Shown here in pieces: positions 1-11,400 of a stretch of 64,000 bases of DNA. The DNA comes from a virus (lineage: Duplodnaviria; Caudoviricetes), in IMG/VR virus record IMGVR_UViG_2597490325_000001, positions 32,001-96,000 of that record; one strand, 5' to 3'. Position 1 is the first letter of the stretch; each line of letters begins with the position of its first letter. Below the pieces are notes generated by a model. It did no database searches. It was given only the letters and a program-made list of their open reading frames with translations, and was not told where the DNA came from. A program made the position numbers and the translations under genes.

Positions 1-43
1 GTAGATTCACTGATGGTTATCTAGTAATTGAGGATGCTGAATA

Positions 44-409
44 ATGCGTCCTAAACTAACTACTGTAATTATAACGATTCTAGCAGTAGCGCTTTGCGTA
101 GCTTTAGTCAATAAAATTGATTTTAGTAAGTATCGTCCTACCAAAGAAATTAAAGAAAACCATGAGTTTACTGTAATTGATGTGGATCCCCCTAAACGAT
201 TCTATATTACCGTACAGGATAATGAAACGGGTGTGATTTACCGTCATATGTACGTATCAAAGCGTTGTGCATTTTATAGTACTAAGGTACCTATTGGTAG
301 TGTATGGAAATTTGACTTAATTACCAAATACTACTATGATGGCAGAGTTGTAAAAGAAGTTGATGGATACTCAAATATCTGTCAAGATTCTTCTAAGCGA
401 ATCAAATAA
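44..409 (+). CDS. Hypothetical protein with N-terminal membrane anchor or signal
   Basis: 121-aa ORF, GAGGA RBS, hydrophobic N-terminus (VIITILAVALCVALV), followed by a hairpin terminator. Confidence 0.75.
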   Translation: MRPKLTTVIITILAVALCVALVNKIDFSKYRPTKEIKENHEFTVIDVDPPKRFYITVQDNETGVIYRHMYVSKRCAFYSTKVPIGSVWKFDLITKYYYDGRVVKEVDGYSNICQDSSKRIK

Positions 410-525
410 AACTACCCTATACCTTCTTCGGAGGGTATAGGGTTCATTCTTTTTTTTTTGTAACTGTAGGCTTAATATACATATATAATTACGATGATCT
501 CTGACTAAGTAAAGGATTTTTAATC

Positions 526-921
526 ATGATCGACAAAAAAGAAATGGTTAAACTAGTAGTAGAGTTCAATTTAAGACATGGATATTTACTACATGGTGCC
601 AGTATGGTTATGCATGGAGTAAAAGATCAAACTAATGACATTGATATACTTATTCATGCTAAATATATCGACCGTCTTGAATTTTCAAGTAAAAAAGCTC
701 AGAAATTCGATTTTGGATTTGGTAGTGTAAGAAATACCATTGATTATGTGCTGATTGATGGTTTTCAGTGTCAAACTCTTGAAAGTATTATTAAAGAGAA
801 AAGGCAACTTGGTAGACCTAAAGATCTAGAAGCTATCGAGTTAATCGAAGCTTTTATAGCTAAAGGTAATCTGCCAAAATCCTATCAATCTATATACCGT
901 AAAGTCGTAATGGACTACTAA
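526..921 (+). CDS. Minimal nucleotidyltransferase-fold protein
   Basis: GASMVMHG..TNDIDI (G[AS]..DxD) and C-terminal RPKD motif; early-type promoter variant at 481-497. Confidence 0.6.
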   Translation: MIDKKEMVKLVVEFNLRHGYLLHGASMVMHGVKDQTNDIDILIHAKYIDRLEFSSKKAQKFDFGFGSVRNTIDYVLIDGFQCQTLESIIKEKRQLGRPKDLEAIELIEAFIAKGNLPKSYQSIYRKVVMDY

Positions 922-966
922 TTAACCCTTATACCTTCTTTGGAGGGTATAAGGGAAGTTTTTTAG

Positions 967-1077
967 AAAAAAGTCCCCATAACTAGGGAAACAAAGCGGA
1001 GCAAAAACCTAGTTATGGGGTCAGAGGAGTAGTAATACACATGGAGAGTAAGCCGAGTGACTCGATCTTAATTTTCT
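967..1077 (-). ncRNA. Putative ~110-nt late sRNA
   Basis: Minus-strand AACA-N6-TAG promoter at 1076-1088, 13-bp hairpin (975-987/1008-1020) plus U-tract, no convincing ORF. Confidence 0.5.
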
Positions 1078-1224
1078 ATTTTAATGTTAGTATGAAAAAA
1101 TTTTCTCTTTGTAGCAATAAAGTATATTAAAATATTTCTATGTTTTCGTAACTGTATATACATTATTGATATATTATTTTAGTGTTAGTAAATAAAAATA
1201 ATCATACAGACTAGGAGAATTACC

Positions 1225-1767
1225 ATGAATACATCTATTTCTACTGAAATCATGAATGCATTCAATACAAATGTACGTGTATATTGCCGTCGTTTAGAAA
1301 TTGCAGAATTGGCTCCATACTTCATTGAGAATGAAGAAGCTCGTTCATCCATTACACGTATTGCAAAGACCTTTGGCTATGATCTGAATAATAAAGATCA
1401 TCTTGGTCGAACTGCAGCTTTTACTGTTGCTACAATTATCAAACTCAAGGCTATGCAAGAAGATACGCCTGAAGGAATGGTAATGATTAGTAAGGAAAAC
1501 TGTATTAAAGTTGCTTCTGTAGCTATAAATATCTTTCATTCAATCAATAAAGATTTTAATGAAGATGGGAATGCAATTAATATCAAGAAAGCGAGACTAA
1601 ACTTTGTCGGAACATTGCTTACTAAAGGTATTAATTATTCCGATGAAAATCTTGATTTAGCTGAAGGGTTTGTAAGAACTTATTTTACTAACCGTAATCA
1701 AGATAAATCCAGTGTAACTGCTACAGTTCTCAATCAAGCTCGTAATGGGAATGATTGGGAGGCATAA
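1225..1767 (+). CDS. Hypothetical early protein
   Basis: 180-aa ORF, AGGAG RBS, early promoter at 1169, terminator at about 1766-1793. Confidence 0.75.
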   Translation: MNTSISTEIMNAFNTNVRVYCRRLEIAELAPYFIENEEARSSITRIAKTFGYDLNNKDHLGRTAAFTVATIIKLKAMQEDTPEGMVMISKENCIKVASVAINIFHSINKDFNEDGNAINIKKARLNFVGTLLTKGINYSDENLDLAEGFVRTYFTNRNQDKSSVTATVLNQARNGNDWEA

Positions 1768-1838
1768 AAAGACCCGAAGGTCTTTTTTTTTTTGATAAAA
1801 ACTCCCTAATCTAATTCATTTTAGATTAGGGAATAATT

Positions 1839-2639
1839 TTAACGCATAATTGACAGAATAGCATCTTGGTATTCTGCTTGAAGATTAGCTTCTACTAAAG
1901 CAAAACCAGCAAGTTTACCAGATTTCTTCTCAGTAATAAGAACTTTACCTTTGTCAACACTAAAGGACATAGCGCCGCCAGACAACTGCATGACATCTTC
2001 AAGCATCATCTGAGTGTTCTTACTATTAGAAGCTACGTACTCAGCCAACATTTTAGCCGTGATAGGTACTTCATTTACATCTTCATTCATAGCTCTAGCA
2101 TAAGCTACTTTGTGTGATGGATAATGAACGTTATCCCATGTAATCAGACGCATAGGGTCTTTTACATAAGCAAGGCCACGTTTATTAACCACATCACCAG
2201 CGCCACGCATAGAGAAGCTAGGAAGCATGTTATTACATACAATCAAACCAGCTAAGTCTTTACCTACTGCGTTACCAGTAGTTTCTACATCACCGATTAA
2301 CAAGTTAGGATTTTCATCATCCCAACGAGGGTTCTTAATTAAATGACATACATTGTGCATATCAATTTTAAGCTGACGTTCCAGACCTAATTTAGCATCA
2401 GGGTGGTTCATCTCACCAAATAATGAGTTAGTAGCAAGCTTTTCTTGAACGAAAGGATGTTGAAGAGAATTATTGATTACACTCTTAGGGTATACACGTT
2501 TATTGCGGTTTTCTGCATCAGCATCCTGAAGAATAGCTTCCATCTTAACTACTCCGTTAGGGAGTACTTTGAATGATCTAATTGCATCTTCTACTGGAGC
2601 CGATTCATAGAAAATCCGTCCTACTACTTGTTCAGACAT
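1839..2639 (-). CDS. Prohead core protease (T4 gp21-like)
   Basis: Motifs NRNKRVYP, GEMNHP, FSMRGAG and WDNVHYPS typical of the gp21 family; late promoter at 2671-2683. Confidence 0.9.
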   Translation of the reverse strand: MSEQVVGRIFYESAPVEDAIRSFKVLPNGVVKMEAILQDADAENRNKRVYPKSVINNSLQHPFVQEKLATNSLFGEMNHPDAKLGLERQLKIDMHNVCHLIKNPRWDDENPNLLIGDVETTGNAVGKDLAGLIVCNNMLPSFSMRGAGDVVNKRGLAYVKDPMRLITWDNVHYPSHKVAYARAMNEDVNEVPITAKMLAEYVASNSKNTQMMLEDVMQLSGGAMSFSVDKGKVLITEKKSGKLAGFALVEANLQAEYQDAILSIMR

Positions 2640-2673
2640 TTCCAGGAATCCTTTGCTAACTATATAGTTTCTA

Positions 2674-3441
2674 TTAGTTTGTTATGTCGAAACACAACAT
2701 ATCTTCTAAAACTTGATTTTTGCCGATGAAGGAAGAAAATACATACTCCCAATCACCCTCATTATGGATACCAAATATACTTATATGGCTAAGATAAAAC
2801 GTTTTCTCTACATTGATTAGAGATTTAGTAATAAAGTCATTAAATGCCATATAAAGAGTAAATTCGTTACTACTTTTTATATTAACTATATGAGTTTTCA
2901 ACTTTCTAGTTGAGTTAGGGAATATAGCTTCTAAATCGGTTGTAGAAGGTAAGAAATTAAGCATTTTATCCACAATAATAGTCTTAGTTATTCCTGCAAA
3001 AGAAGTATCGAGTTCTTTGACAACTCCTTTAATGAACTTTTCAGGATCAGACATCATTGTGCGACTATATTTCAGACCAAACTTAGTTTTGACAGCTTCA
3101 TCATTATTGATTACGTCAGGGATGAAATAATTTCCAGTTAATGGACTATTACCGAAATCTAAGGCTACTATAGAATCAGCTAAAAAGTTAAGATTTAACA
3201 ATTTCTCTTGATTTTCTAAAGTAAGATATCCAAAATCCTCTTTAAATTTAGTATTCATTAAGGAATTTAGATTAACTAAGCCATACTTCTTTCTAAGTAC
3301 ATCATATGCTAAAGCTGCACAAATTTGATAATTACCTGACATTAAAGAAGTGTAGAAATCTTTGGCATCAACTTCAGAATAGAAGAAATCATATTCTTTA
3401 TTTTTTTCTAAATACTCTCCTAGAGTCATATCAAACTCCAA
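2674..3441 (-). CDS. Hypothetical protein
   Basis: 255-aa ORF overlapping the end of the upstream gene. Confidence 0.65.
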   Translation of the reverse strand: MEFDMTLGEYLEKNKEYDFFYSEVDAKDFYTSLMSGNYQICAALAYDVLRKKYGLVNLNSLMNTKFKEDFGYLTLENQEKLLNLNFLADSIVALDFGNSPLTGNYFIPDVINNDEAVKTKFGLKYSRTMMSDPEKFIKGVVKELDTSFAGITKTIIVDKMLNFLPSTTDLEAIFPNSTRKLKTHIVNIKSSNEFTLYMAFNDFITKSLINVEKTFYLSHISIFGIHNEGDWEYVFSSFIGKNQVLEDMLCFDITN

Positions 3442-4822
3442 ACTTGGTAGAAGGAATATTATAGTAATTAGATTCAGTCATAATATTCTTAAGACCTTCT
3501 CTCATAGTAGTTTGCTTCTGCATTTCTACATTATTTACGGTAATCAAGTTATTAGCGATGTTACCAATAGATGATTTAGCCGCGCTATAATCGGCATCCG
3601 TATTAACTCCATTTAAAAGAGAATTAATAGTTCTTGTAGAAGAAGCATTTCTAACCATAGCAGCCATAGATGAGTTTAATGCAGTCTTACCTAAGTATCC
3701 CATTGAAGTATATACTTTAGTAGATTGATTTGCATTAGAAGCATTAGTTTGATAATTAGAATAATTTGAGAAAAGACTCTTAATAGAACTATCAGTAATG
3801 CCGGACACGATACTTGAATTATTATTCAGATAATCATATCGATTATTAGCTCTATATGAATTAGTCTGCTGTTGCATGATTTTAGCTAACTGACTACATC
3901 TTATAGTATCTACGGGGCTAGGAACTTTTATTCCAGGAACTATCTGGATGCCACTATTATTACTGCTATTGTTATTATTAATAGCATTCTTAATAGAAGT
4001 ACCTAAATCTGATAGAATTCCAATTCCAAATAGATCATCAGCAGTTAAGCCAAACATTCTCATTATACTTTCAATAGCATCCCATAGCTCTTGAGCTAAA
4101 TCAATGAATGCTGAAGCATATAATTGAACTTTTTCTATGAATCCTAGTAATGAGTTAGCCGAAGGGGGTAAGTTACTCATTATAGTATTTAAAACACTAC
4201 CTAAAGCTGATGTAGCATAGGATTTAGCCGCTGATACAACATCCCTCATAAGAGAGGCTAGGTCTGATTTAATAGCATTTAGTAATTCTGCAGGACGTAG
4301 ATTAGTTACCGCATTAAGTATAGATTTAGCAGCTCCTAATAAATCTCCTAATAAAGAAGCTTCTGGACATAGTAAAAATTGAGCTATGGATTTAATATAA
4401 GAAGAAATATCACTATAATTTGCAGGATTTATACTATTAGCAAATGAAGTACATGAACCTAAAGCCTTATTACAGCTGGAAGAGATTGAACTCATACTTG
4501 AAGAAATTGAATTCGATACAGCAAATGCAGATAGTGATCTTGAATCAGAATATAATACATTAAGAATATCATTCATATCTTGATTTATACTGTAAAACGT
4601 ATCACTATACAAATTAGAGAGAACTAAAATTCCCTCCATTGCAAAATTATAATCTGCTTTGCTTCCAGCACTAATATAATTAAGGCTTGCCTTAACAATG
4701 TCAATGTTAATGGCCTTTAAGTCATTATTTTCACCAGCCAATAGCTTAGATGAAGTATCTATGGTAGATAACTCCGTTATGATCTTATCATTAAGATCAT
4801 ATACTTTAGCTTTTGCAGTCAT
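3431..4822 (-). CDS. Hypothetical, probable virion protein
   Basis: 463-aa Ser/Asn/Ala-rich ORF behind late promoter 4851-4863. Confidence 0.65.
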   Translation of the reverse strand: MTAKAKVYDLNDKIITELSTIDTSSKLLAGENNDLKAINIDIVKASLNYISAGSKADYNFAMEGILVLSNLYSDTFYSINQDMNDILNVLYSDSRSLSAFAVSNSISSSMSSISSSCNKALGSCTSFANSINPANYSDISSYIKSIAQFLLCPEASLLGDLLGAAKSILNAVTNLRPAELLNAIKSDLASLMRDVVSAAKSYATSALGSVLNTIMSNLPPSANSLLGFIEKVQLYASAFIDLAQELWDAIESIMRMFGLTADDLFGIGILSDLGTSIKNAINNNNSSNNSGIQIVPGIKVPSPVDTIRCSQLAKIMQQQTNSYRANNRYDYLNNNSSIVSGITDSSIKSLFSNYSNYQTNASNANQSTKVYTSMGYLGKTALNSSMAAMVRNASSTRTINSLLNGVNTDADYSAAKSSIGNIANNLITVNNVEMQKQTTMREGLKNIMTESNYYNIPSTKFGV

Positions 4823-4916
4823 GGTATGACTTTCCTATTCGATTAGTATACTAATTTGATGTTCCATCAACATTCATTTAGTAACGTTTATATTAAATTA
4901 AAAAACGGATCAAATT

Positions 4917-5495
4917 ATGGGATTTAACCATTCAGACAATATAGTAAATTTTTTACTAAATGAAGAATCTAGTAAAAGGATTCCCGCATTGTATCATATT
5001 AGTTTCAAAGATAATTTAGAGGGTGAATGGAAGCCCCGCCCACCAGATGGATTTCAAATTAAAGCTAAAGAAAAAAATAAAGAAAAAGAAGTCAATATAA
5101 CTGAACCCAAAACTCCTAGAATATCTTGTTCAACTGACCTTAAGAAATGTTTTTATGCTATTTATCCTAATATTTCTTTCTTTTTTGAAACAAAGAAATT
5201 TCCGTATATGGATTTTACAGTCTATTCACCTAGATTGAATGGTGAAGAAAAGATTTGGACTCCAGAATATTTAACTGATAAGAAATTAGTACATGATGCA
5301 CATGTAACTAACGAATATTGTATTCTAGAGAAAGCCTTTATGCAAAAAGTAGGGCACTTAAGAGTATTTAATCCTCTTAAAAAATCAAATAACCCTCCTG
5401 AGATTTATTATCATCCATTTAATAATGAATCTTATGAAAGAAAATTTCTTGCATATAAGGTAGAAATAAAATACGATTCTATCAAGGAAAAATAA
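4917..5495 (+). CDS. Hypothetical late protein (possible head-internal protein)
   Basis: 192 aa, late promoter at 4869, N-terminal FLLNE possible protease site. Confidence 0.65.
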   Translation: MGFNHSDNIVNFLLNEESSKRIPALYHISFKDNLEGEWKPRPPDGFQIKAKEKNKEKEVNITEPKTPRISCSTDLKKCFYAIYPNISFFFETKKFPYMDFTVYSPRLNGEEKIWTPEYLTDKKLVHDAHVTNEYCILEKAFMQKVGHLRVFNPLKKSNNPPEIYYHPFNNESYERKFLAYKVEIKYDSIKEK

Positions 5496-5497
5496 TT

Positions 5498-8400
5498 ATG
5501 GCTTATTTAAAAGGTTTAGCTACCTCTCTTGCAAAGAGGGTTATTCCTGATGTTGGGAATAAGATATTTGGTGATGAACTTAATACATATAAAGAAATTA
5601 AAGATAAAGTTTTCACCAGTAGAGAGATTTTAAGAGAGACCCAAAGTAATATCAAAACTACTATACAAAGTTTTGAAGGGTTCTCTAAAGTCGGTAGAAA
5701 TCTAGGTCGTCAAGTAAGATCAGGTAAATTTGGCCTGACTCAAGATGAACGTGATGATATCGACATGAAGGCTATGGGCTTTGATTTCGATATGGATTCT
5801 TTAGGGGATTCATTAGACAATGCTCTAGAACAGGATGGTAATGAAAATAGTTCAGGTTCATCCAAAGCTTCCAAAAATATTATTATTCCTATGATGGGTA
5901 AATCTTCTCGTGGTAGGAACGGTGGTTTAGATGCAGGTTCAGCTTTAATTAGCGAAAGACTTGCTTATATTACAGGTATTCAGGCTCAGATTGGCCAAAC
6001 TCAAATTACTCTTTTACAGGGTTTAGGTTCTCAATTAGCTGGTATAGGTAACTTCTTAAGTGAGCAAACGGTTTCTCACTATCAAGGTACTTTAGAATAC
6101 CAGAAATTAATGTCAGATAATCTTTCATTAAGTCGTGAAGTAAATGATTTAATGAAAGAAAAATTAATGGCAGAAAAGAAAGCTGCCGAGAAGAAAATGG
6201 CAACTGGTTCTGGAATAGGTTGGGAAGGTTTTGACCCTACCAGAATAGCTAAAGATATTAATGAAGGCCCACTAGGAATGCTATTTGGTGAGATGTCTCC
6301 ATTGAGAGGTTTCTTCCAACAAGTATCAGTAGATCCATTAGGTACTATTATGGCTTTGGGGTTAGCCCACGGCGCAGGTAGTCTATTTGGCGGCGCTATT
6401 GATAAAGCTAAAGGTGCTTTCAAAACTGCAGGAGTAAGATTACAATCTACTCTTGAAAAATGGTCAGCTACTTATGATGATTCTTTTACAGGAATGTTTA
6501 AATCATGGATAGGTGACACTTTACGAGCTAAACGTGAATCAGCAACTGTTGCGAAATTAGGTGCGTATGATAAAGGTGCCGCTCAATTTGACGGTACCAC
6601 TAGAAAAGCCATTGTAGATGTTATCCCTATGTATTTAGCTAAGATTCTTAAAGCTATTTCAGGTAACTCTACTCATGAAGTATATGATTATAATAAAGGC
6701 GCATTCATTACTTCTAAAGCTGGTGCAGCTGAACACGTTAAAAATGTAAAAGAATTACGTAGGGGTGAATTCTTAGGCGGTATAAGTAATGAGCTTACTG
6801 GTCTAAGGGGAGATCCTTCAGTTTCTAAATCTGATTTCGGTAAAATTAGGGCTTCAATGATTCGTTCAGCGTCTTCATTGAATTCTCATGAAATTAAACT
6901 AGATCAGGTTAAAATGCGTGATGCTAGACTTCAAGAAACTTATGATAAATACATCAAAAGTTTAGACGAGAAATCTAAAGCTAGTCTTTATCACTCCTTC
7001 CAATCTCATAAATATGATGTAGCTGCTAAGTTGAAAGACTATCAGAATTCTATGTATGATGAAAATAAGGGTGTTGAAACTTCAGCCATTCTTGAAGGTG
7101 TTAATCCAAGAATTCTTGGTTATGATGCAGTAGAAAAAGCTAATAAGCGTACTAAACTTGATGAAAATGAGCGTAAAAAACTGAAAGACCGTATCAAAGA
7201 TTCCGTTAAGAAAAAACTTAATGGTATTAAAGATAGACGCCGTGGCGGTGGTAATCCCCCTCCAAGTGGCGGTGCAGGTGATTCAGGTAATAGCGGTGGT
7301 TCTGATGGCGACGATGACGCTGCCGGAGATAGCTGGTTCAAGCGTTGGTTGGGAAAATTCTCTGGTGGAAAAGGTTTCTCATTAACTTCTTTCACTGAAG
7401 GTTTAGTAGGTACTTTAACCATAGGTATGAATAAGCTTTCCAGAGGATTTAACCGCCATATCTTATTCCCAATGAAGAAAGCTTTATTAGGAAAAGATGC
7501 TGATACTAGAACTATTGCTAGAACTCCGTTTATTGCAGCAGTAGGTACTAAATTTGATAAAACTGTTCTGTTCCCATTGAAAAAAGTCTTATTAGGTGGA
7601 AATGAGAAACAGGCCGAGAGTATGAATATTTTTGGCGCTATCCAAAAATCATTCGATAGAAATATTGTATTTCCTTTCAAGAGAACTCTTTTAGGTAAAG
7701 ATACCGATGTAAGAACCATTCTAAAAACTTCATTCATTAAGTCTTTAGGAATTCGTATTGATAAATCTGTATTAACTCCATTTAAGACAATGCTCTTAGG
7801 CGGTAATAAAGTTAAAGCTGAAAAAGTTACTTTCGTTACTGCATTAAAAGATACTTTCAAGAAAAATGTAGTTTTACCTATGAAGTTAGCTTTACTAGGT
7901 AAGGATACCGATCTTAAAACTCTCTTGAAAACACCTTTTACCAAAGCAATAGGGCAGAGATTTGAGCAATCTATCCTGAATCCCCTTAAAGGTCTATTAT
8001 TAGGTAAGCACTCTACTACCAATGGCGGTTCAGTCGATCCTACTAAAACTGGATTCTTTAAAGCATTAGGTTTATCTTTTGATAGAAATATCGGTAGACC
8101 TATCAAGACTATGCTTTTTGGTCAAGGTAACAGAAATAAATCATTCTTTAAAAATATTGGTGAGACCTTATCTCCTTTCTTTAATAAACTACTCTTTGGT
8201 AGCGAGAAGGCTGAGAAAGCTGGCTTTATGGCCAACCTGAAAGATTTTGGTAGCAACGTATTTAAAGGGTTCTCTGATAAATTCATTAAACCTATTAAAG
8301 ATGCTTTCAGTGATTTCTTTGGTAAAACTATGCAGGATTTCATCGGAACTCTGCGTGATTCTGCTAAAGATTTCCTAGGTTCACTCAATATTAATATCGG

Positions 8401-11400
8401 AAAAGGATTTAAAGAAGGTGCTAAAGGTTTCTTTAAAACTGTATTTGGTGACGAAACAGTTAAAATCCTTAGAGATAATATTGTAACTCCTTTAAACGAT
8501 GTCACTAAGAAACTTACTAGTTCTATAGGTATGATTGCTAAACTCTTACTGAGAGTGCCAGCTAACTTTATTAAGGGCATTACTAATACTCTTAAATTAA
8601 ATAGAGTTAAGTCAGGTAAAGGTAATTATTCAGATGAAGAAAAAGCTAGACTTCTTGATATGGAGAAGAAAGGTTCTCTGTTTAATTTCCTAGATGTAGG
8701 TAATGAGGAAAGCAATAAAAAGATATCTTCTCTTAAGAATAAAGTAACAGGCTTCCTTAACAGAGGTAAAAAAGCTACTGATGGTTCGTCATCTGCTAAT
8801 GCCAATGTAGAAACTCTTGATACCAATTCTGCTAATGCTAAAGGTAAAACTGAAAGTATTAGCGATAGAGCTAGAAATCTATTTAATAGAAAAGGTAAAG
8901 CCAGTAGCGTTGATGGTTCCAATAACCCTAATACAGATGCAGATGGAAATATTATTTCAGCATCAAGTACTAATGGTAAAAAAGGAACTAAAACTGGATT
9001 TATCGATGGTTTAAGAAATAGAGTCTCTGGTAAGAATTCTAATAGCGTTGATGAGAATGGTAATCCGGTTGAAGGTGGTAAATCACGCTTCGGTATTATC
9101 GAAAGACTTCCTAGCCGAGACAAAGTTGGTTCTCTGTTCGGTAGAGGGAAAGGTCAAAACTCAGAAGATTCTGTACAGGGTTCGACTAAAACTAAAGCAG
9201 GTACACTCACGGGTATACCTGTTGGAAGTGGTGCAAAACTAGGTGGAATTGTAGGTCATTTGAATGCTCCTAAACTAGCATCCAGAGTAGATACAATCTC
9301 TAAAATGTCTGAATTAACTTCAGCATCTAGTGCAGCTACCGCTAAATCCAATATGGATATCCTTAATTTCTTGAAACACCACTTAAGTAATACTACTCAG
9401 AAATTAACCAAAATAGTTAATGCTGTAGCTAAAGGTAAAACTGTAAGTAAAATTTCAGGAGAAGATAAAGAATCTGTTTCCTTCTTTAGAAACCCATTAA
9501 AATGGGCTATGAGAACTTCCATGAAAGTCCTTGGATTCCCACTATCCATGATGAAAGGAATGTTTTCAGTAGGCTCTAAAATGGTCAAAGGCTTAATGGA
9601 AGTACCTAAGAAAATCATCGGTATCACTGTTGATTTAGGTACTAAATTAGCTAGTATGACATTAAATGTTGCAGCTTCCTTGACCAAAGGAATCTTTAAA
9701 GCTGTAGACTTTGTTGCACAAGGTATTGGTAAAACAATAGAAACTATAGGTAAAGCCGTTAATAGTATTGTAAGAAGTATTACAAGCTTGATTGCTACCT
9801 CTATTGATATTGCTGCCAAAGCCGCCGCAAGCTTAGCTAGAGGCGTTTTAAATGCCACTAAAGCTATAGGTAGAGGTCTATTACCTGCTTTCGAAGGTCT
9901 AACTGCTATGGTCGGAAGACTTGGTAAAGGACTATTCGAATTAGGTACTCTTGTAATAGATGGGTTCGTTAAGTCTATTAAAGGTACTATGAAACTTGCT
10001 GGTCGTATGGCTAGTGGTTTAATGGGTAAAGTGTTTGGTAGAGATAGAAAGTTAAGTGCTAGCTTCTCTTCAATTACTAACTTTAAAGATTTGATCTTAG
10101 CTACTAAAAAACGTCCTATGCATGTTTACATCGAGGATGGTAAAGTAGCTACATATGAATATAAACCACCAACATCTACATTCTTCAAGGATAAGGTAGA
10201 AGATCGTTCTTTACTTAACTCTAAACGGGACAAAGCTAAAGAAAAAGATAATACTAGTATCTTTGGTAAGATTGCTAATGCTCTTGGTTCTCTATTCAGT
10301 GGTGGATTATTAGCTAAAGGCTTAGGTGCTTTAACAGGTATACTCAAAGGTGGTGGCATCTTCGGTAAAATTCTATTAGCCATTACTGTAATGAGTAAAG
10401 GCTTAATGAGTCTTATAGGTACCATAGCTAAAAATGTGGCAACTCTTGTCTTTGGTAGAAAAGCTGGAGACTTGATTGATAATCTTCCAGGAAGGCGTGG
10501 AAGAGGTAAATTAGGTAGAGCTGGTAAAGCTGGAAATATTGCTGACAGATATACTGCAGCTAAAGCTGAAAAACAAGCAATCAAAGATAGAGCCTCTAAA
10601 GCTGCTGATAAGTTAGCTAATGCAAGAAATGCTGTAGCTGAAAAACAAGCATCTGCTAAAACCAGTGGTAATAAAATTGCTGAAAAATTAGCTAATGCCC
10701 GTAAAACTGTTGCTGAAGGTGGTAGTCTCTCAAGAAGTGGTGCAGGAGCCGCAGAAGGTGCTGCAAATGCAGCTAAATCTGGTGGCGGTATGTTCTCTAG
10801 AGCCATTAATGGTGCTAAAGGATTCTTTACTAAAGCTGGTGAAAGACTTGCTACAGGTGGTGGTATCGGTGGAGCTGTTAAAGGCTTTGGCGGTAGACTA
10901 CTTAAAGGTGGCTGGAAAGGTTTTGGTATAAGTGCCATTGGTGGTGGTCTTGCAGATACTTTCTTTGATAAAGGTACTGCTGGTAATGATGTAATGGGTA
11001 CAGGTGCATCATATGCTGGTTGGGGCGCTACAATTGGTTCTGTAATTCCTGGAGTTGGTACTGCGGTAGGTGCAATTATTGGTGGTTTAGTAGGTGCAGT
11101 TAAAGGAGCAATCCCTCACCTGATAGAAACCTTTAAGAAACCTATTATTGGTATGACGGATTACTTTGCTGAAATTCCTGACAGAATTTCTCAGTATGCT
11201 CAAGAACTTCCAAATAAAATATCTGGCTTAGTAGGTAAAATTCCAGAAATGATTAATGGGTGGTTCTTAGGTGATGCCGAAGAAACTCCTAAAATTGATG
11301 AAAAAACTGGTCAGGTAATTCAGAAAAAACCTGGCATCATGGGAAGTCTGTTTAGTTCTATTGGTAGTGCCGTAATGTCTGTAGCTAAAGCATTACCTCG

